Positions 47,331 to 57,724 of a stretch of DNA of 63,626 bases are shown here, in pieces. The first letter of the stretch is position 1, and each line of letters starts with the position of its first letter. The stretch lies in the sequence record SRR31156797_3873, one strand, 5' to 3'. The translations under genes were made by a program, and so were the position numbers. The notes below the pieces were generated by a model that ran no database searches, was not told the origin of the DNA, and saw only the letters and a list, made by a program, of their open reading frames with translations.

Positions 47331-49283
47331 ATGGTTAAAATAACCTTACCAGATAATAGTGTAAGAGAATACGAAGCCGGCGTTACAGGCTTGGAAATTG
47401 CCAATAGTATTAGTCCTCGTTTGGCCAAAGAAGTTTTATCAATTTCTGTAAATGGTGAAACATGGGATCTTACACGTCCTATTAGCACAGATGCTTCTAT
47501 CCAGTTATACAAATGGGAAGATGAGGAAGGAAAACATGCTTTTTGGCACTCATCGGCGCACTTATTAGCAGAAGCACTGGAATCTCTTTATCCAGGTATG
47601 AAGTTTGGAATCGGCCCATCAATCGAAAACGGATTCTATTATGATGTTGATCCGGGTGATGATGTGGTTTTAAGAGATGCTGATATGCCAAAGATTGAAG
47701 CTAAAATGAAAGAATTGGCACGTCAGAAAAATGAATATGTTAGAACAGAAGTGAGTAAAGCTGATGCATTAGCATATTTTACAGATAAGAATGATGAGTA
47801 CAAGTTAGAACTTATCAATGAGCTAGAAGACGGAACCATTACTTTTTATAAACAAGGTGAGTTTACTGATTTGTGTAGAGGGCCTCACTTGCCATCAACC
47901 GCAAATATTAAAGCAGTTAAGGTATTAAGCATTGCCGGAGCATATTGGAGAGGAGACGAAACACGTAAGCAGTTGACAAGGGTGTATGCCATCACTTTTC
48001 CAAAGCAAAAAATGTTGGATGAGTACTTAGTTAGGTTGGAGGAAGCACAAAAACGTGATCATAGAAAAATTGGTAAAGAGCTTGAGTTATTTGCCTTTTC
48101 TCAAAATGTAGGTCAGGGATTACCGTTGTGGTTACCTAAAGGAGCTAAGCTTCGTGAGCGTTTGGAGAACTTTCTAAAGAAAGTGCAGGTTCAGTATGGA
48201 TATCAGCAGGTAATTACACCGCATATTGGAAATAAACAGTTGTATGTTACTTCTGGCCACTATGCTAAGTATGGTAAAGATTCATTTCAACCTATAAATA
48301 CACCGGCTGAAGGAGAAGAGTTTTTGTTAAAACCAATGAACTGTCCTCACCACTGCGAAATATATAAAGTGAAGCCTCTTTCTTATAAGGATCTTCCTTT
48401 ACGTATGGCTGAATTTGGTACAGTATATCGTTATGAGCAAAGTGGAGAGCTCCATGGATTGACAAGAGTAAGGGGTTTTACACAGGATGATGCTCACATT
48501 TTCTGTACGCCGGATCAATTAAAAGATGAATTTAAAAAAGTAATAGATATTATTCTTTACATTTTTAAAGCGCTTGATTTTAAAGATTTTATTACGCAGG
48601 TTTCCTTACGAGATAAAGAGGATAGAAGCAAGTATATTGGAAGTGAAGAAAACTGGGAGAAAGCAGAGTCGGCTATTATAGAGGCTTGTGAAGAGCGCGG
48701 AATGGAAACTATAGTAGAGTATGGAGAAGCGGCTTTTTATGGTCCTAAGCTTGATTTCATGGTGCGAGATGCTATTGGTCGTAGATGGCAGTTAGGTACT
48801 ATTCAGGTAGATTACAACCTTCCGGAGCGTTTTGAGTTAGAATATATGGGGGCTGATGGAGAAAAGCATCGTCCGGTAATGATTCACCGAGCGCCTTTTG
48901 GAAGTATGGAGCGTTTTGTGGCCGTTTTAATTGAGCATACAGCAGGAAAGTTCCCGCTTTGGTTAACTCCTGAGCAAGTGGTTATTCTGCCAATCAGTGA
49001 AAAATATAATGATTACGCAAAAAAAGTTTCAAATGTCCTGAATAATTCCGATATTCGCACCGTTTTAGACGACCGTAATGAGAAAATCGGACGTAAAATT
49101 CGTGATAATGAACTGAAACGCATACCTTTCCTTCTTATTGTTGGAGAAAAAGAAGCTGAAACAAATTCTGTTTCAGTGCGTAAGCAGGGCGATGGAGATA
49201 AAGGATCCATGTCGATCGAAGAATTTGCAGAGTTTATAAACAAAGAAGTTGAAGATCAACTATCTGCAATTGAAACAAATTAA
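47331..49283 (+). CDS. thrS: Threonine--tRNA ligase
   Basis: TGS domain, 'HSSAHLLA', 'DLCRGPH', 'KPMNCPHH', '[23 protein letters not shown]', '[11 protein letters not shown]'. Confidence 0.98.
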   Translation: MVKITLPDNSVREYEAGVTGLEIANSISPRLAKEVLSISVNGETWDLTRPISTDASIQLYKWEDEEGKHAFWHSSAHLLAEALESLYPGMKFGIGPSIENGFYYDVDPGDDVVLRDADMPKIEAKMKELARQKNEYVRTEVSKADALAYFTDKNDEYKLELINELEDGTITFYKQGEFTDLCRGPHLPSTANIKAVKVLSIAGAYWRGDETRKQLTRVYAITFPKQKMLDEYLVRLEEAQKRDHRKIGKELELFAFSQNVGQGLPLWLPKGAKLRERLENFLKKVQVQYGYQQVITPHIGNKQLYVTSGHYAKYGKDSFQPINTPAEGEEFLLKPMNCPHHCEIYKVKPLSYKDLPLRMAEFGTVYRYEQSGELHGLTRVRGFTQDDAHIFCTPDQLKDEFKKVIDIILYIFKALDFKDFITQVSLRDKEDRSKYIGSEENWEKAESAIIEACEERGMETIVEYGEAAFYGPKLDFMVRDAIGRRWQLGTIQVDYNLPERFELEYMGADGEKHRPVMIHRAPFGSMERFVAVLIEHTAGKFPLWLTPEQVVILPISEKYNDYAKKVSNVLNNSDIRTVLDDRNEKIGRKIRDNELKRIPFLLIVGEKEAETNSVSVRKQGDGDKGSMSIEEFAEFINKEVEDQLSAIETN

Positions 49284-49313
49284 GTTATTAATTAATTAAA
49301 GGAGGATTTCACA

Positions 49314-49874
49314 ATAGCACTCAAAAGAAGAAAAAGTTTCGGCCCGCCGAAAAAGGATACACCAGAATTTCGAGTAAATAACGAAATAAGAATTCCAAAA
49401 GTAAGACTTGTTGGTGATAACATACAAGAACCGGGAGTTTATTCCACGACTGAAGCTTTAAAAATAGCTGATAGCTTGGATTTGGATTTGGTGGAGATTT
49501 CTCCTAAAGCTGATCCTCCGGTTTGTAAGGTAATTGATTACCAAAAGTTTTTGTATCAGCAAAAACGTAAACAAAAAGAGCTTAAGTCAAAAGCTGTAAA
49601 AGTAGTGGTTAAAGAAATTAGGTTTGGACCTAATACTGATGATCATGATTACAACTTTAAACTAAAGCACGCTGAAAAATTCCTTAATGAAGGATCTAAA
49701 GTAAAGGCGTACGTGTTTTTTAAAGGGCGTTCTATTTTGTTTAAAGAGCAAGGTGAAATTTTATTATTAAGATTTGCTCAGGATTTGGAAGAATTAGGAA
49801 AAGTTGAACAACTACCTAAGCTTGAAGGAAAAAGAATGACAATGTTCATTTCTCCTAAAAAAGTGAAAAAGTAG
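49314..49874 (+). CDS. infC: Translation initiation factor IF-3 (non-canonical ATA start)
   Basis: The frame of the 49476 ORF extends upstream through '[16 protein letters not shown]' to ATA 49314, preceded by GGAGG at 49301-49305; 186 aa. Confidence 0.9.
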   Translation: MALKRRKSFGPPKKDTPEFRVNNEIRIPKVRLVGDNIQEPGVYSTTEALKIADSLDLDLVEISPKADPPVCKVIDYQKFLYQQKRKQKELKSKAVKVVVKEIRFGPNTDDHDYNFKLKHAEKFLNEGSKVKAYVFFKGRSILFKEQGEILLLRFAQDLEELGKVEQLPKLEGKRMTMFISPKKVKK

Positions 49875-49909
49875 TTTCAATTATAATAAACCATTTTAAT
49901 AATAGTACA

Positions 49910-50107
49910 ATGCCAAAAATGAAGACGAATTCCAGTGCGAAAAAACGTTTTACTATCACTGGAAGCGGTAAGATTAAAAGAAAGCATGCTTTTAAAAGTC
50001 ACATCTTAACTAAGAAGACTAAAAAGCAAAAAAGAAATCTTACTTACGCAGGACTTGTTCACAAGTCAGATGAGAGCAACGTAAAGTTGTTATTAAACAT
50101 GAAGTAA
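49910..50107 (+). CDS. rpmI: 50S ribosomal protein L35
   Basis: '[14 protein letters not shown]', 'HILTKK'. Confidence 0.98.
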   Translation: MPKMKTNSSAKKRFTITGSGKIKRKHAFKSHILTKKTKKQKRNLTYAGLVHKSDESNVKLLLNMK

Positions 50108-50142
50108 TAGGGGAAACCTTGTTATTGTATTAATTATTAACC

Positions 50143-50190
50143 GAATGAAAATAGCCGAAAGATTCGTCAGAGGACGGACGCTATTCATTC
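50143..50190 (+). promoter_or_regulatory. Structured RNA between rpmI and rplT (candidate ribosomal-protein leader)
   Basis: GAATGAAAATAGC / GCTATTCATTC outer stem, CGAAAGA internal loop, TTCGTC-AGAG-GACGGA inner hairpin; ends 15 nt before the rplT ATG. Confidence 0.5.
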
Positions 50191-50205
50191 TAAAAACAAT
50201 TTAAA

Positions 50206-50562
50206 ATGCCAAGATCAGTAAATGCTGTTGCTTCAAGAGCAAGAAGAAAAAGGGTTCTAAAGCAAACGAAAGGTAGCTTTGGAAGAAGAAAGAACGTGTG
50301 GACGGTTGCGAAAAACTCCTACGAAAAAGGTTTAGGTTACGCGTACCGTGATAGAAAAAGAAAGAAAGGTCAGTTTAGAGCGCTTTGGATTCAAAGAATT
50401 AACGCTGCTGCCCGTTTAGAAGGAGTTTCTTACTCTAAACTAATGGGATACATGACAAAGCAAAATATTGAGATTAACAGAAAAGTTTTAGCTGACTTAG
50501 CTGTAAATCATCCTGATGCTTTTAAAGCGGTTGTAAAAAAAGCTTTAGAAGCAGCTAAATAG
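50206..50562 (+). CDS. rplT: 50S ribosomal protein L20
   Basis: '[15 protein letters not shown]', 'YAYRDRK', '[11 protein letters not shown]', '[10 protein letters not shown]'. Confidence 0.98.
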   Translation: MPRSVNAVASRARRKRVLKQTKGSFGRRKNVWTVAKNSYEKGLGYAYRDRKRKKGQFRALWIQRINAAARLEGVSYSKLMGYMTKQNIEINRKVLADLAVNHPDAFKAVVKKALEAAK

Positions 50563-50582
50563 ATTAAGATAAAAACTAATTG

Positions 50583-50616
50583 AAGGCAGAAAGGTTATGA
50601 CTTTTCTGCCTTTTTT
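50583..50616 (+). terminator. Intrinsic terminator after rplT
   Basis: AAGGCAGAAAGG / CTTTTCTGCCTT plus T-tract. Confidence 0.85.
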
Positions 50617-50789
50617 ATTTGTGCCCGGAAAGAATTCTGATAATCAAACTATCTTTATATCTTTGCTTCTCTTTTTTTGAAATGATTATTTTTAATTACT
50701 AAGGTTAATGTTAGGTTAAAGTGCGAATGATATGCATAGGCATTCATATGTACTCATATCTTTATATCACCAAAATAAACACAAAACAA

Positions 50790-51506
50790 ATGAATATTGC
50801 ATTGATTGGGTATGGCAAAATGGGAAAAGAAATTGAAAAAATTGCCATTGACAGAGGACACAAAATAACTGCTAAAATAGATATGCAAAGTGAAGATACA
50901 TTTGATGGCGAAGGATTTGCTCTGGCAGATGTAGCTATTGAATTTACAATGCCGGATGCTGCATACGGAAACTTTGTAGAATGCTTTAAAAGAAATAAGC
51001 CAGTAGTTTCCGGAACAACAGGTTGGTTAGATAAAATGGAAGAGATCAAAGATCAATGTGAAAATAAAGGTCAGACTTTCTTTTATGCCTCTAATTTTAG
51101 TGTTGGCGTAAATGTATTTTTTGAAATCAATAAAAAGTTAGCTCAATTAATGAATGGTGTTTCTGATTATGAAGTGACCATGGAAGAAACTCACCATATT
51201 CATAAAAAAGATAGTCCTAGTGGTACAGCTATTACCTTAGCTGAAGGTGTTATTGAGAACCTGGATAGAAAGTCAGGATGGGTTGAAGGAGAAGAAGCTA
51301 AAAACGACCAAATTCATATTGAAGCTTTCCGTAGAGATGAAGTGCCTGGGATTCATACCATAAAATATGATTCAGAAGTAGATGAGATTATTATCCATCA
51401 CAGTGCGAAATCAAGAAAAGGGTTTGCTCTGGGAGCTGTTTTAGCTGCAGAATTTACAGCTAAAAATAAAGGCTACCTTGGAATGAGCGATATGCTAAAA
51501 TTTTAA
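50790..51506 (+). CDS. dapB: 4-hydroxy-tetrahydrodipicolinate reductase
   Basis: 'IALIGYGKMG', 'SGTTG', 'ASNFSVGVN', 'ETHHIHKKDSPSGTA', 'GFALGA'; start moved to ATG 50790; TATCTTTG at 50658-50665. Confidence 0.96.
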   Translation: MNIALIGYGKMGKEIEKIAIDRGHKITAKIDMQSEDTFDGEGFALADVAIEFTMPDAAYGNFVECFKRNKPVVSGTTGWLDKMEEIKDQCENKGQTFFYASNFSVGVNVFFEINKKLAQLMNGVSDYEVTMEETHHIHKKDSPSGTAITLAEGVIENLDRKSGWVEGEEAKNDQIHIEAFRRDEVPGIHTIKYDSEVDEIIIHHSAKSRKGFALGAVLAAEFTAKNKGYLGMSDMLKF

Positions 51507-51515
51507 ACTATAATT

Positions 51516-53372
51516 ATGAGTTCTCTATTTAAAAAGAAAAATTTAGTTGCGGCATCTCCGAAGAAAAGGGGTATTGCAAATTTATTTGATTTGTTTGCTT
51601 TTTTGATTATTGCTTTGGTGATGGCTAGTTTTAAACTTGAGCCTATTTATAAAATTGTCATTGTTTCATCATATATAGTAATATATCTACCATTTTCTTA
51701 TGCATTTGGAGCTACAATTGGTCAATTAATTGCTGGGGTTAGAGTTCGTAACTATTCTGACTATGATAAAAAAGTATCATTAATTGAGGGTTATACTCGT
51801 ATGTTACTTTTATTTGTTAATTATTGGTTAGGTATTTTTTCTTTTTTTAGTCAAAGAAAATTTCTTTATGACAAGCTTAGTAATACCATTTCTGTCGAAC
51901 TCAATATCAATGAAAATGATGATGAAGAATTAAATCTTCAGAAAAAAACAGGACTTATAAGGGCTATTATTTATGGGTTGATCTATTCATTATGGGCAGT
52001 GTGGGTTGGTAATTATTGGCTTTTAGTAGGTAATGTCGTAATTTATGATATTTTTATAACCAAGAAAGTACCTTGGGATTTTTGGAAGAAGACAAAGGAT
52101 GGTAAAAAACCAAAAGCCTGGGTTGAATGGGTTGATGCCTTAGTGTTTGCATTGGTGGCCGTTTATTTTATTAATCTTTTCTTATTTCAGAACTATAAAA
52201 TTCCTACCTCTTCATTGGAGAAATCTTTACTTGTAGGTGATCATTTGTTTGTCAGTAAAGTAAGTTATGGACCTCGTATTCCTAATACACCTTTATCGTT
52301 TCCATTGCTTCAAAATACAGTGCCCATATTAAACACCAAATCTTATATTGAGTGGCCTCAATGGGATTACAGACGTTTAAAAGGTTTTGGACACGTAGAA
52401 AATGACGATATTGTTGTTTTTAACTTTCCAACAGGTGACACTGTTCCTGTTAAGTATGTAAATCCTGATATTTATGTTACAAGCAGGTTAATTGGTTTAG
52501 CATATGCTAATCGCGATAAAAGTATGTTAGCCGGGATGGAGAATGCCAGTCAATGGGAAATTAACGAAAAGCTAAGAGAGATTGGTAAACAACAGATATA
52601 CTTGAATCCGGAAGATTATGGAGAAGTAGTTTATCGTCCGGTGGACAGAAGAGATAATTATGTAAAAAGATGTATTGCCATTGCAGGCGATTCATTGGAA
52701 ATCCGTCATAACCAGGTTTATATTAATGGCGAAAAGGTAAAAAATCCAGAAGGGCTTCAGCATTGGTATAATATTATTACAGATGGAACTAATTTAAGCT
52801 CTCGTTATTTAGATAAGCTTGAGATATCTAATGAAGATGCGGCCAATATGATGGCTGGTCCCGGGCGTTATCGTATTCCATTAACAAAGGAAAAAGCTGA
52901 GATTATGAAATCATTTTCCTTTGTTCGCCAGATGATAATGGATGAAGAAGTTGCAGATTCAACACAATTACCAGATGTGTGGCCGTATAGTACTGATTAT
53001 ATGTGGTCGAGAGATAATTTTGGGCCTTTGTATATTCCTCAAAAAGGAGCTACGGTACAGTTAAATATGGAGAATTTGGTATTATATGATCGAGTTATTA
53101 CTGCATACGAAGGCAATAAGCTAGAGGTGAAGGATAATTCCATCTATATTAATGGCGATATAGCTACAGAGTATACTTTTAAGATGGATTATTACTTTAT
53201 GCTTGGAGATAACAGACATCAGTCGGCTGATTCCAGATATTGGGGTTTTGTTCCTGAAGATCATATTATAGGTAGACCAGTTTTAGTTTGGCTGTCTCTT
53301 AATAAAGATAAATCACTATTTGGAGGAAAGATTCGCTTTGATCGTTTCTTCAAGTGGGTACTGGATGAATAA
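51516..53372 (+). CDS. lepB: Signal peptidase I (S26) with an N-terminal RDD-like domain
   Basis: 'IPTSSLEKSLLVGDHLFVSK', 'NYVKRC', 'GDNRHQSADSRYWGFVP'; the first ~130 aa look RDD-like. Confidence 0.92.
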   Translation: MSSLFKKKNLVAASPKKRGIANLFDLFAFLIIALVMASFKLEPIYKIVIVSSYIVIYLPFSYAFGATIGQLIAGVRVRNYSDYDKKVSLIEGYTRMLLLFVNYWLGIFSFFSQRKFLYDKLSNTISVELNINENDDEELNLQKKTGLIRAIIYGLIYSLWAVWVGNYWLLVGNVVIYDIFITKKVPWDFWKKTKDGKKPKAWVEWVDALVFALVAVYFINLFLFQNYKIPTSSLEKSLLVGDHLFVSKVSYGPRIPNTPLSFPLLQNTVPILNTKSYIEWPQWDYRRLKGFGHVENDDIVVFNFPTGDTVPVKYVNPDIYVTSRLIGLAYANRDKSMLAGMENASQWEINEKLREIGKQQIYLNPEDYGEVVYRPVDRRDNYVKRCIAIAGDSLEIRHNQVYINGEKVKNPEGLQHWYNIITDGTNLSSRYLDKLEISNEDAANMMAGPGRYRIPLTKEKAEIMKSFSFVRQMIMDEEVADSTQLPDVWPYSTDYMWSRDNFGPLYIPQKGATVQLNMENLVLYDRVITAYEGNKLEVKDNSIYINGDIATEYTFKMDYYFMLGDNRHQSADSRYWGFVPEDHIIGRPVLVWLSLNKDKSLFGGKIRFDRFFKWVLDE

Positions 53373-53391
53373 AATATTATTTGCTAATATT

Positions 53392-53430
53392 AAAAGCAGG
53401 GGTAGTCTATAACTCCTGCTTTTGTATTTT
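53392..53430 (+). terminator. Terminator-like hairpin between the two lepB paralogs
   Basis: AAAAGCAGGGG / CTCCTGCTTTT followed by a T-rich run. Confidence 0.6.
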
Positions 53431-53436
53431 TATAGT

Positions 53437-54663
53437 ATGAGTAATAAAAATGTTATTAAACTGATCATTTCCATTCTCATTTTTATATTGGGGATATGGA
53501 CTGAAAGTTTATTGCCTTTTCTATTAATTGGGCTTATCGCAGATTCTGCTCGTAGAAAACCTTTCTATGTTATACTTTGGCAAAAACTTAAAGGGCTCTT
53601 GGGTAGATGGTTTAAGTGGTTTGAATGGTTTTTAGCATCCACATTGGCTGTGTGTTTTGTTTTTTTTATTCAAACGAATATTGTTGGCTTATACACTTTT
53701 CAAACATCTTCGATGCACGAAACCTTGCAGGTTGGAGATGTGCTGTTGGTTAACAAGTTAATTTCCGGTGTAAGACATGATGAGGGCAGTGTTAAAACAT
53801 ATCATAGAAGTAAAGGTTATGCCGAGATTGCATATAAAGATATTATTGTATTTAATTTTCCGGAAGGAGATTCGTTATTGAAAAACAGGCCAACTGAAAG
53901 TTATTATTATCTAAAAAGGTTATATGGGGATAATAATTTCTCACTTAAAGAAGGTTTGCAGTATCATAAAGTTAAAGATAGACCACGATTTATAAAGAGA
54001 GTGTTTGGTTTGCCCGGAGATAGTATTGTAATTGATAATGGACTTTTTTATGCCAACAATAAATTAGTATCGTATTCGGAGAATTCTATTGATAGATATA
54101 TTGTAGAAAAGGAGTCCGCGGATATGCTAAAAAGTAGAGGAGTACTTCCTTATACAGAACATTTAAAGGACGGTGTTTTAAGTTGGGAATTGAAGCAAAA
54201 AGATTATGATGCTATAAAAGATGATGTTAAGGGAATTAAAGCGGATTATATGTTAAAAAACTTTCCTGATCCAATGGTTTTTCCTTTTAATATTCATTTA
54301 TTGTGGAATATGCATCATTTGGGACCGATTTATATTCCCAAAAGAGGAGATGTTATTCAATTATCATCTAAAAACATTGAGTTCTACAAAAGAATTATAG
54401 AAACTTTTGAAGAAAACGAATTAACTATAAAAGGAGAAGAGATTCGGGTGAATGGAAAGAAAGTGACAGATTATGTCTTTAAGATGGACTATTATTGGGT
54501 TCAGGGAGATAATAGGCCACATTCGTTCGATAGTCGCTTTTGGGGATTTGTGCCCGAGAATCATATTATAGGAAAAGTGGAGAAGGTCTTATTTTCAAGA
54601 GATCTCAATAGAAAAGGATGGTTGTATTTTAGAAAAAACAGATTTTTGTTAGATGTAAAATAA
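53437..54663 (+). CDS. lepB: Signal peptidase I paralog (S26)
   Basis: 'QTSSMHETLQVGDVLLVNK', 'RFIKRVFGLPGD', 'GDNRPHSFDSRFWGFVP'; start moved to ATG 53437. Confidence 0.9.
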   Translation: MSNKNVIKLIISILIFILGIWTESLLPFLLIGLIADSARRKPFYVILWQKLKGLLGRWFKWFEWFLASTLAVCFVFFIQTNIVGLYTFQTSSMHETLQVGDVLLVNKLISGVRHDEGSVKTYHRSKGYAEIAYKDIIVFNFPEGDSLLKNRPTESYYYLKRLYGDNNFSLKEGLQYHKVKDRPRFIKRVFGLPGDSIVIDNGLFYANNKLVSYSENSIDRYIVEKESADMLKSRGVLPYTEHLKDGVLSWELKQKDYDAIKDDVKGIKADYMLKNFPDPMVFPFNIHLLWNMHHLGPIYIPKRGDVIQLSSKNIEFYKRIIETFEENELTIKGEEIRVNGKKVTDYVFKMDYYWVQGDNRPHSFDSRFWGFVPENHIIGKVEKVLFSRDLNRKGWLYFRKNRFLLDVK

Positions 54664-54759
54664 GACTTAAGATAGATATTTTGTGATATTTGTAATACAT
54701 CTGTATTTTGGTGGATTAGATGTTAAACAACTACATTTGAACCAGTAATTAAAAGTCTT

Positions 54760-55059
54760 ATGAAAAATTCATTTTGGGTATTATTAATTTTAGCTGTTTT
54801 TGTTGTAATATTTTCCGTTCAGAATGCTGCTCCGGTTGATTTTTCTTTGTTCATCTGGAAAGGACAAGTTTCATTGGCGGTTTTATTGATCTCTACTTTT
54901 ATTATTGGGGCCATAGTTGGAGCTGTTTATTATGGATTAGCAATAAAGAGATCACGAAAGAGAAAAAAGGAAAATATAGCAAAGGATATTCCTTTTGAAG
55001 TTGATAAAGAAGAGTTAGAGGAAAATGAATCAGGCGATATAAAGGCTGGTGAACAATAG
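54760..55059 (+). CDS. LapA/DUF1049 family membrane protein
   Basis: 'VIFSVQNAAPVDFSLFIW...SLAVLLISTFIIG', two TMs and a charged tail. Confidence 0.85.
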   Translation: MKNSFWVLLILAVFVVIFSVQNAAPVDFSLFIWKGQVSLAVLLISTFIIGAIVGAVYYGLAIKRSRKRKKENIAKDIPFEVDKEELEENESGDIKAGEQ

Positions 55060-55091
55060 TATTGTATTGAATTTAGAATTGTAGGAATAAA

Positions 55092-55742
55092 GTGGAAAAA
55101 AATACTTTGTTTAGTATTGCCTATTTGCCTCCTGTGCAATATATGGCACATTTATTAAATGCCGATCGGGCTATTATTGAAAGAAATGATAATTACACAA
55201 AACGCACATATCGAAACAGATGTGATATTTTAGCCGCAAATGGTGTAATTCCTCTTACCGTTCCTGTAGTTAAAGGAGGTCGGCTTAAGGTAAAAACAAA
55301 AGATATTGAAATTTCTTATGATGAGCGATGGCAGGCTTTGCATTGGCGTTCTATTGTATCAGCTTATAATTCATCTCCGTTTTTTGAGTATTATATGGAT
55401 GATTTTAAGTCGTTTTATGAAACTAAATATCGGTTTTTACTAGACTTTAATTTAAAAATACTCGAAGTAGTTTTTGAAGCATTAGATGCTCCAATGCAAA
55501 TAGAATTGTCGGATGTTTATATAAATAATCAAGGCGAGGAAATGCTTGATTTGCGACAACTTGTTCATTCTAAAAATGATTACAAGCTTGATGCTGATTT
55601 TACAGAGTTGCCATATCGCCAGGTTTTTAGTGATCGGTTTTCTTTTTGTCCTAACCTGAGTGTGATTGACTTAATTTTTAATAAAGGACCGGAGGCTATT
55701 GATTATTTAGAGGATAGTATTGTTTGTAAAAAAATGATTTGA
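55092..55742 (+). CDS. WbqC family protein
   Basis: 'AYLPP', 'KRTYRNRC', 'HWRSIVSAYNSSPFFEYY', 'YRQVF...NLSVIDLIFNKGP'; the usual Bacteroidota dapB-lepB-wbqC context. Confidence 0.9.
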   Translation: MEKNTLFSIAYLPPVQYMAHLLNADRAIIERNDNYTKRTYRNRCDILAANGVIPLTVPVVKGGRLKVKTKDIEISYDERWQALHWRSIVSAYNSSPFFEYYMDDFKSFYETKYRFLLDFNLKILEVVFEALDAPMQIELSDVYINNQGEEMLDLRQLVHSKNDYKLDADFTELPYRQVFSDRFSFCPNLSVIDLIFNKGPEAIDYLEDSIVCKKMI

Positions 55743-56143
55743 TGCGATTCTTAAAAAATAAAAGGGCTCTGGGTTTATTTCTTTTTTTACTGTTTTTAGA
55801 GGCACTTTATTTTTTGAATAGAGATTATCTACGGCCAACCTATCGATCTAATTATTATGTAGTTTTACTTTTAGGGAGCCTTCCGAATTTTCTTGCATCA
55901 TTAGGAGCCGGGTTGTTTTTTAATTTTCCAATATTGTTATATATATCTGCTTTAAAGCAACTCTGGTTTGTTTATGTAATAACCATTATCACATTACTCT
56001 TATTAATATTAGAAGAGCTTACTCCCTGTATGTTTGGGAGTAGGGTAGGCGATATAAATGATATGATTGCCAGTGTAATTGGCTCAATTATTTCATTATT
56101 ATATTTTGAAAAACTAAGGAGAGGATCTGAATTAGATCGTTAG
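55742..56143 (+). CDS. Hypothetical membrane protein (VanZ-like)
   Basis: Four hydrophobic segments, 'GSLPNFLA', 'EEL', 'DINDMIAS..G'. Confidence 0.65.
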   Translation: MRFLKNKRALGLFLFLLFLEALYFLNRDYLRPTYRSNYYVVLLLGSLPNFLASLGAGLFFNFPILLYISALKQLWFVYVITIITLLLLILEELTPCMFGSRVGDINDMIASVIGSIISLLYFEKLRRGSELDR

Positions 56144-56566
56144 TTTAAGATGAGCCTTGATATCAGCCAATATTTCATCATGATCAAATGCCATTTCTGG
56201 AGTTTGGCTGATTGGAAACCATTGAGCATCGCAAGCATCATCTGCTGCCCGAGCATTTTTAATTTCGTCTAATTCGGCATAAAAGACAACGGAAATAGTT
56301 CTTCCTCGAGGATCCCGACCTGGTGAACCATAAGTCTTAAATTGGAGTAGTTTCTCAATATCAACCAGAGTTTCTTCTTTTAATTCTCTAATGGCAGCTG
56401 TTTCTAAATCCTCATCCATATCTAAAAAACCTCCAGGGAATGCCCAGTGATTTTTAAACGGATCATTTTTGCGTTTTATTAGCAGTATTTTCTGTGGGCT
56501 GATTTTTGAAATTAAAATAACATCAACCGTTACTGCTGGTCGTGGATAGTCGTATTCAAACGGCAT
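56132..56566 (-). CDS. NUDIX hydrolase
   Basis: 'WAFPGGFLDMDEDLETAAIRELKEET', 'RDPRGR', 'AFDH'. Confidence 0.93.
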   Translation of the reverse strand: MPFEYDYPRPAVTVDVILISKISPQKILLIKRKNDPFKNHWAFPGGFLDMDEDLETAAIRELKEETLVDIEKLLQFKTYGSPGRDPRGRTISVVFYAELDEIKNARAADDACDAQWFPISQTPEMAFDHDEILADIKAHLKLTI

Positions 56567-56567
56567 T

Positions 56568-57347
56568 TTATTCAGGAATGACTCTTTTAATAACTCTTAG
56601 TTTGTGAGAATACTTGTTTGTATCATGATTGAAAATTCCCTGGTGATCCAAGGTGTCAATCTTAACTTCTCCGTTGGCATGAATAATTTTTCCTGCACCT
56701 AAGCAAATACCCACATGAACTATATTGCCATCCTCATTGTCAAAAAATGCCAAATCCCCAATCTTAGCTTCTTCTACAAAGCTCACAATATTACCGAGTT
56801 CAATTTGCTGATAAGCATCCCGGGGTAACCAAGTACCGTTAATTTTATAAACAATTTGGGATAAGCCGGAACAATCAATACCAAAAGTAGATCTTCCTCC
56901 CCATAAATAAGGTGTATGTAACAATAAAGTAGCTACTTCGCGAATTCCTAACTCTTTATCGGCAGGTAGTTTTCCGGATATAAAATAGTCGTTTTTACCA
57001 ATGGAAAAACTGTTTCTCTCGTGTCCGTTAAATACAATTCTACTTCCCGCAGGAATGCTAATTGGAGCACTGGAGCCATCTTTTACAATACTTATTCTGG
57101 GAACAGGAACCATCCAGGCATCTGCATTTTTCCATAATTCATATTCGGTTGCAGCTACCGGGAAAATTAGTTTGGCATCTATCCATCCCTCATAGCCATC
57201 AAAATCCATCTTAATTTTAGCCCACTTGTTATCTTTTTCCAAAATAACAAAAGTCTCTCCAAATAAAATCTGAGTTACTAATTCAGATCTTTCAGAGGGT
57301 TCTTTTCTAACTGGAATAAAACCATATACGCTTATAGAGCCACTCAT
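56568..57347 (-). CDS. NlpC/P60 (C40) peptidase with an SH3-like N-domain
   Basis: 'PVRKEPSERSELVTQILFGE', 'PYLWGGRSTFGIDCSGL', 'HVGI', 'IIHA'. Confidence 0.93.
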   Translation of the reverse strand: MSGSISVYGFIPVRKEPSERSELVTQILFGETFVILEKDNKWAKIKMDFDGYEGWIDAKLIFPVAATEYELWKNADAWMVPVPRISIVKDGSSAPISIPAGSRIVFNGHERNSFSIGKNDYFISGKLPADKELGIREVATLLLHTPYLWGGRSTFGIDCSGLSQIVYKINGTWLPRDAYQQIELGNIVSFVEEAKIGDLAFFDNEDGNIVHVGICLGAGKIIHANGEVKIDTLDHQGIFNHDTNKYSHKLRVIKRVIPE

Positions 57348-57724
57348 ATACCTTAAAAATTTAGTGCTGCGAATATACCAAAATATAGGAATATAGCATA
57401 TTTGAGCTCATGTTTTTGCGATTAAAGCAAGGCGTAATGTGCTATATGTCTACTATTTTGTTCATATTTGCTATAGCTTAAAGATAAAGATAAATTGTAA
57501 ATGAAGTGTCTTAATTTTTTATAAGCAGAGAGTAAATGTTTTGATATATAAATGGTTATTGGTTTAATAGAAATGTGCTTGAACCATTTAAGAGAAAAGA
57601 GATCTGATTATATCATTTAAGCTAATGTATATAGTTTAGAATAAGTCTATAATATTGAAAGCTTGAAATAGATTGGTAAATTGAGTATTGTCGATTTGAT
57701 AGAAAAAGTAAAGTAATTGGAGTA

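Noticed and set aside
57348-57724. Long AT-rich spacer as a hidden gene or ncRNA
   Set aside because: No convincing ORF or stable structure; consistent with a divergent promoter region.
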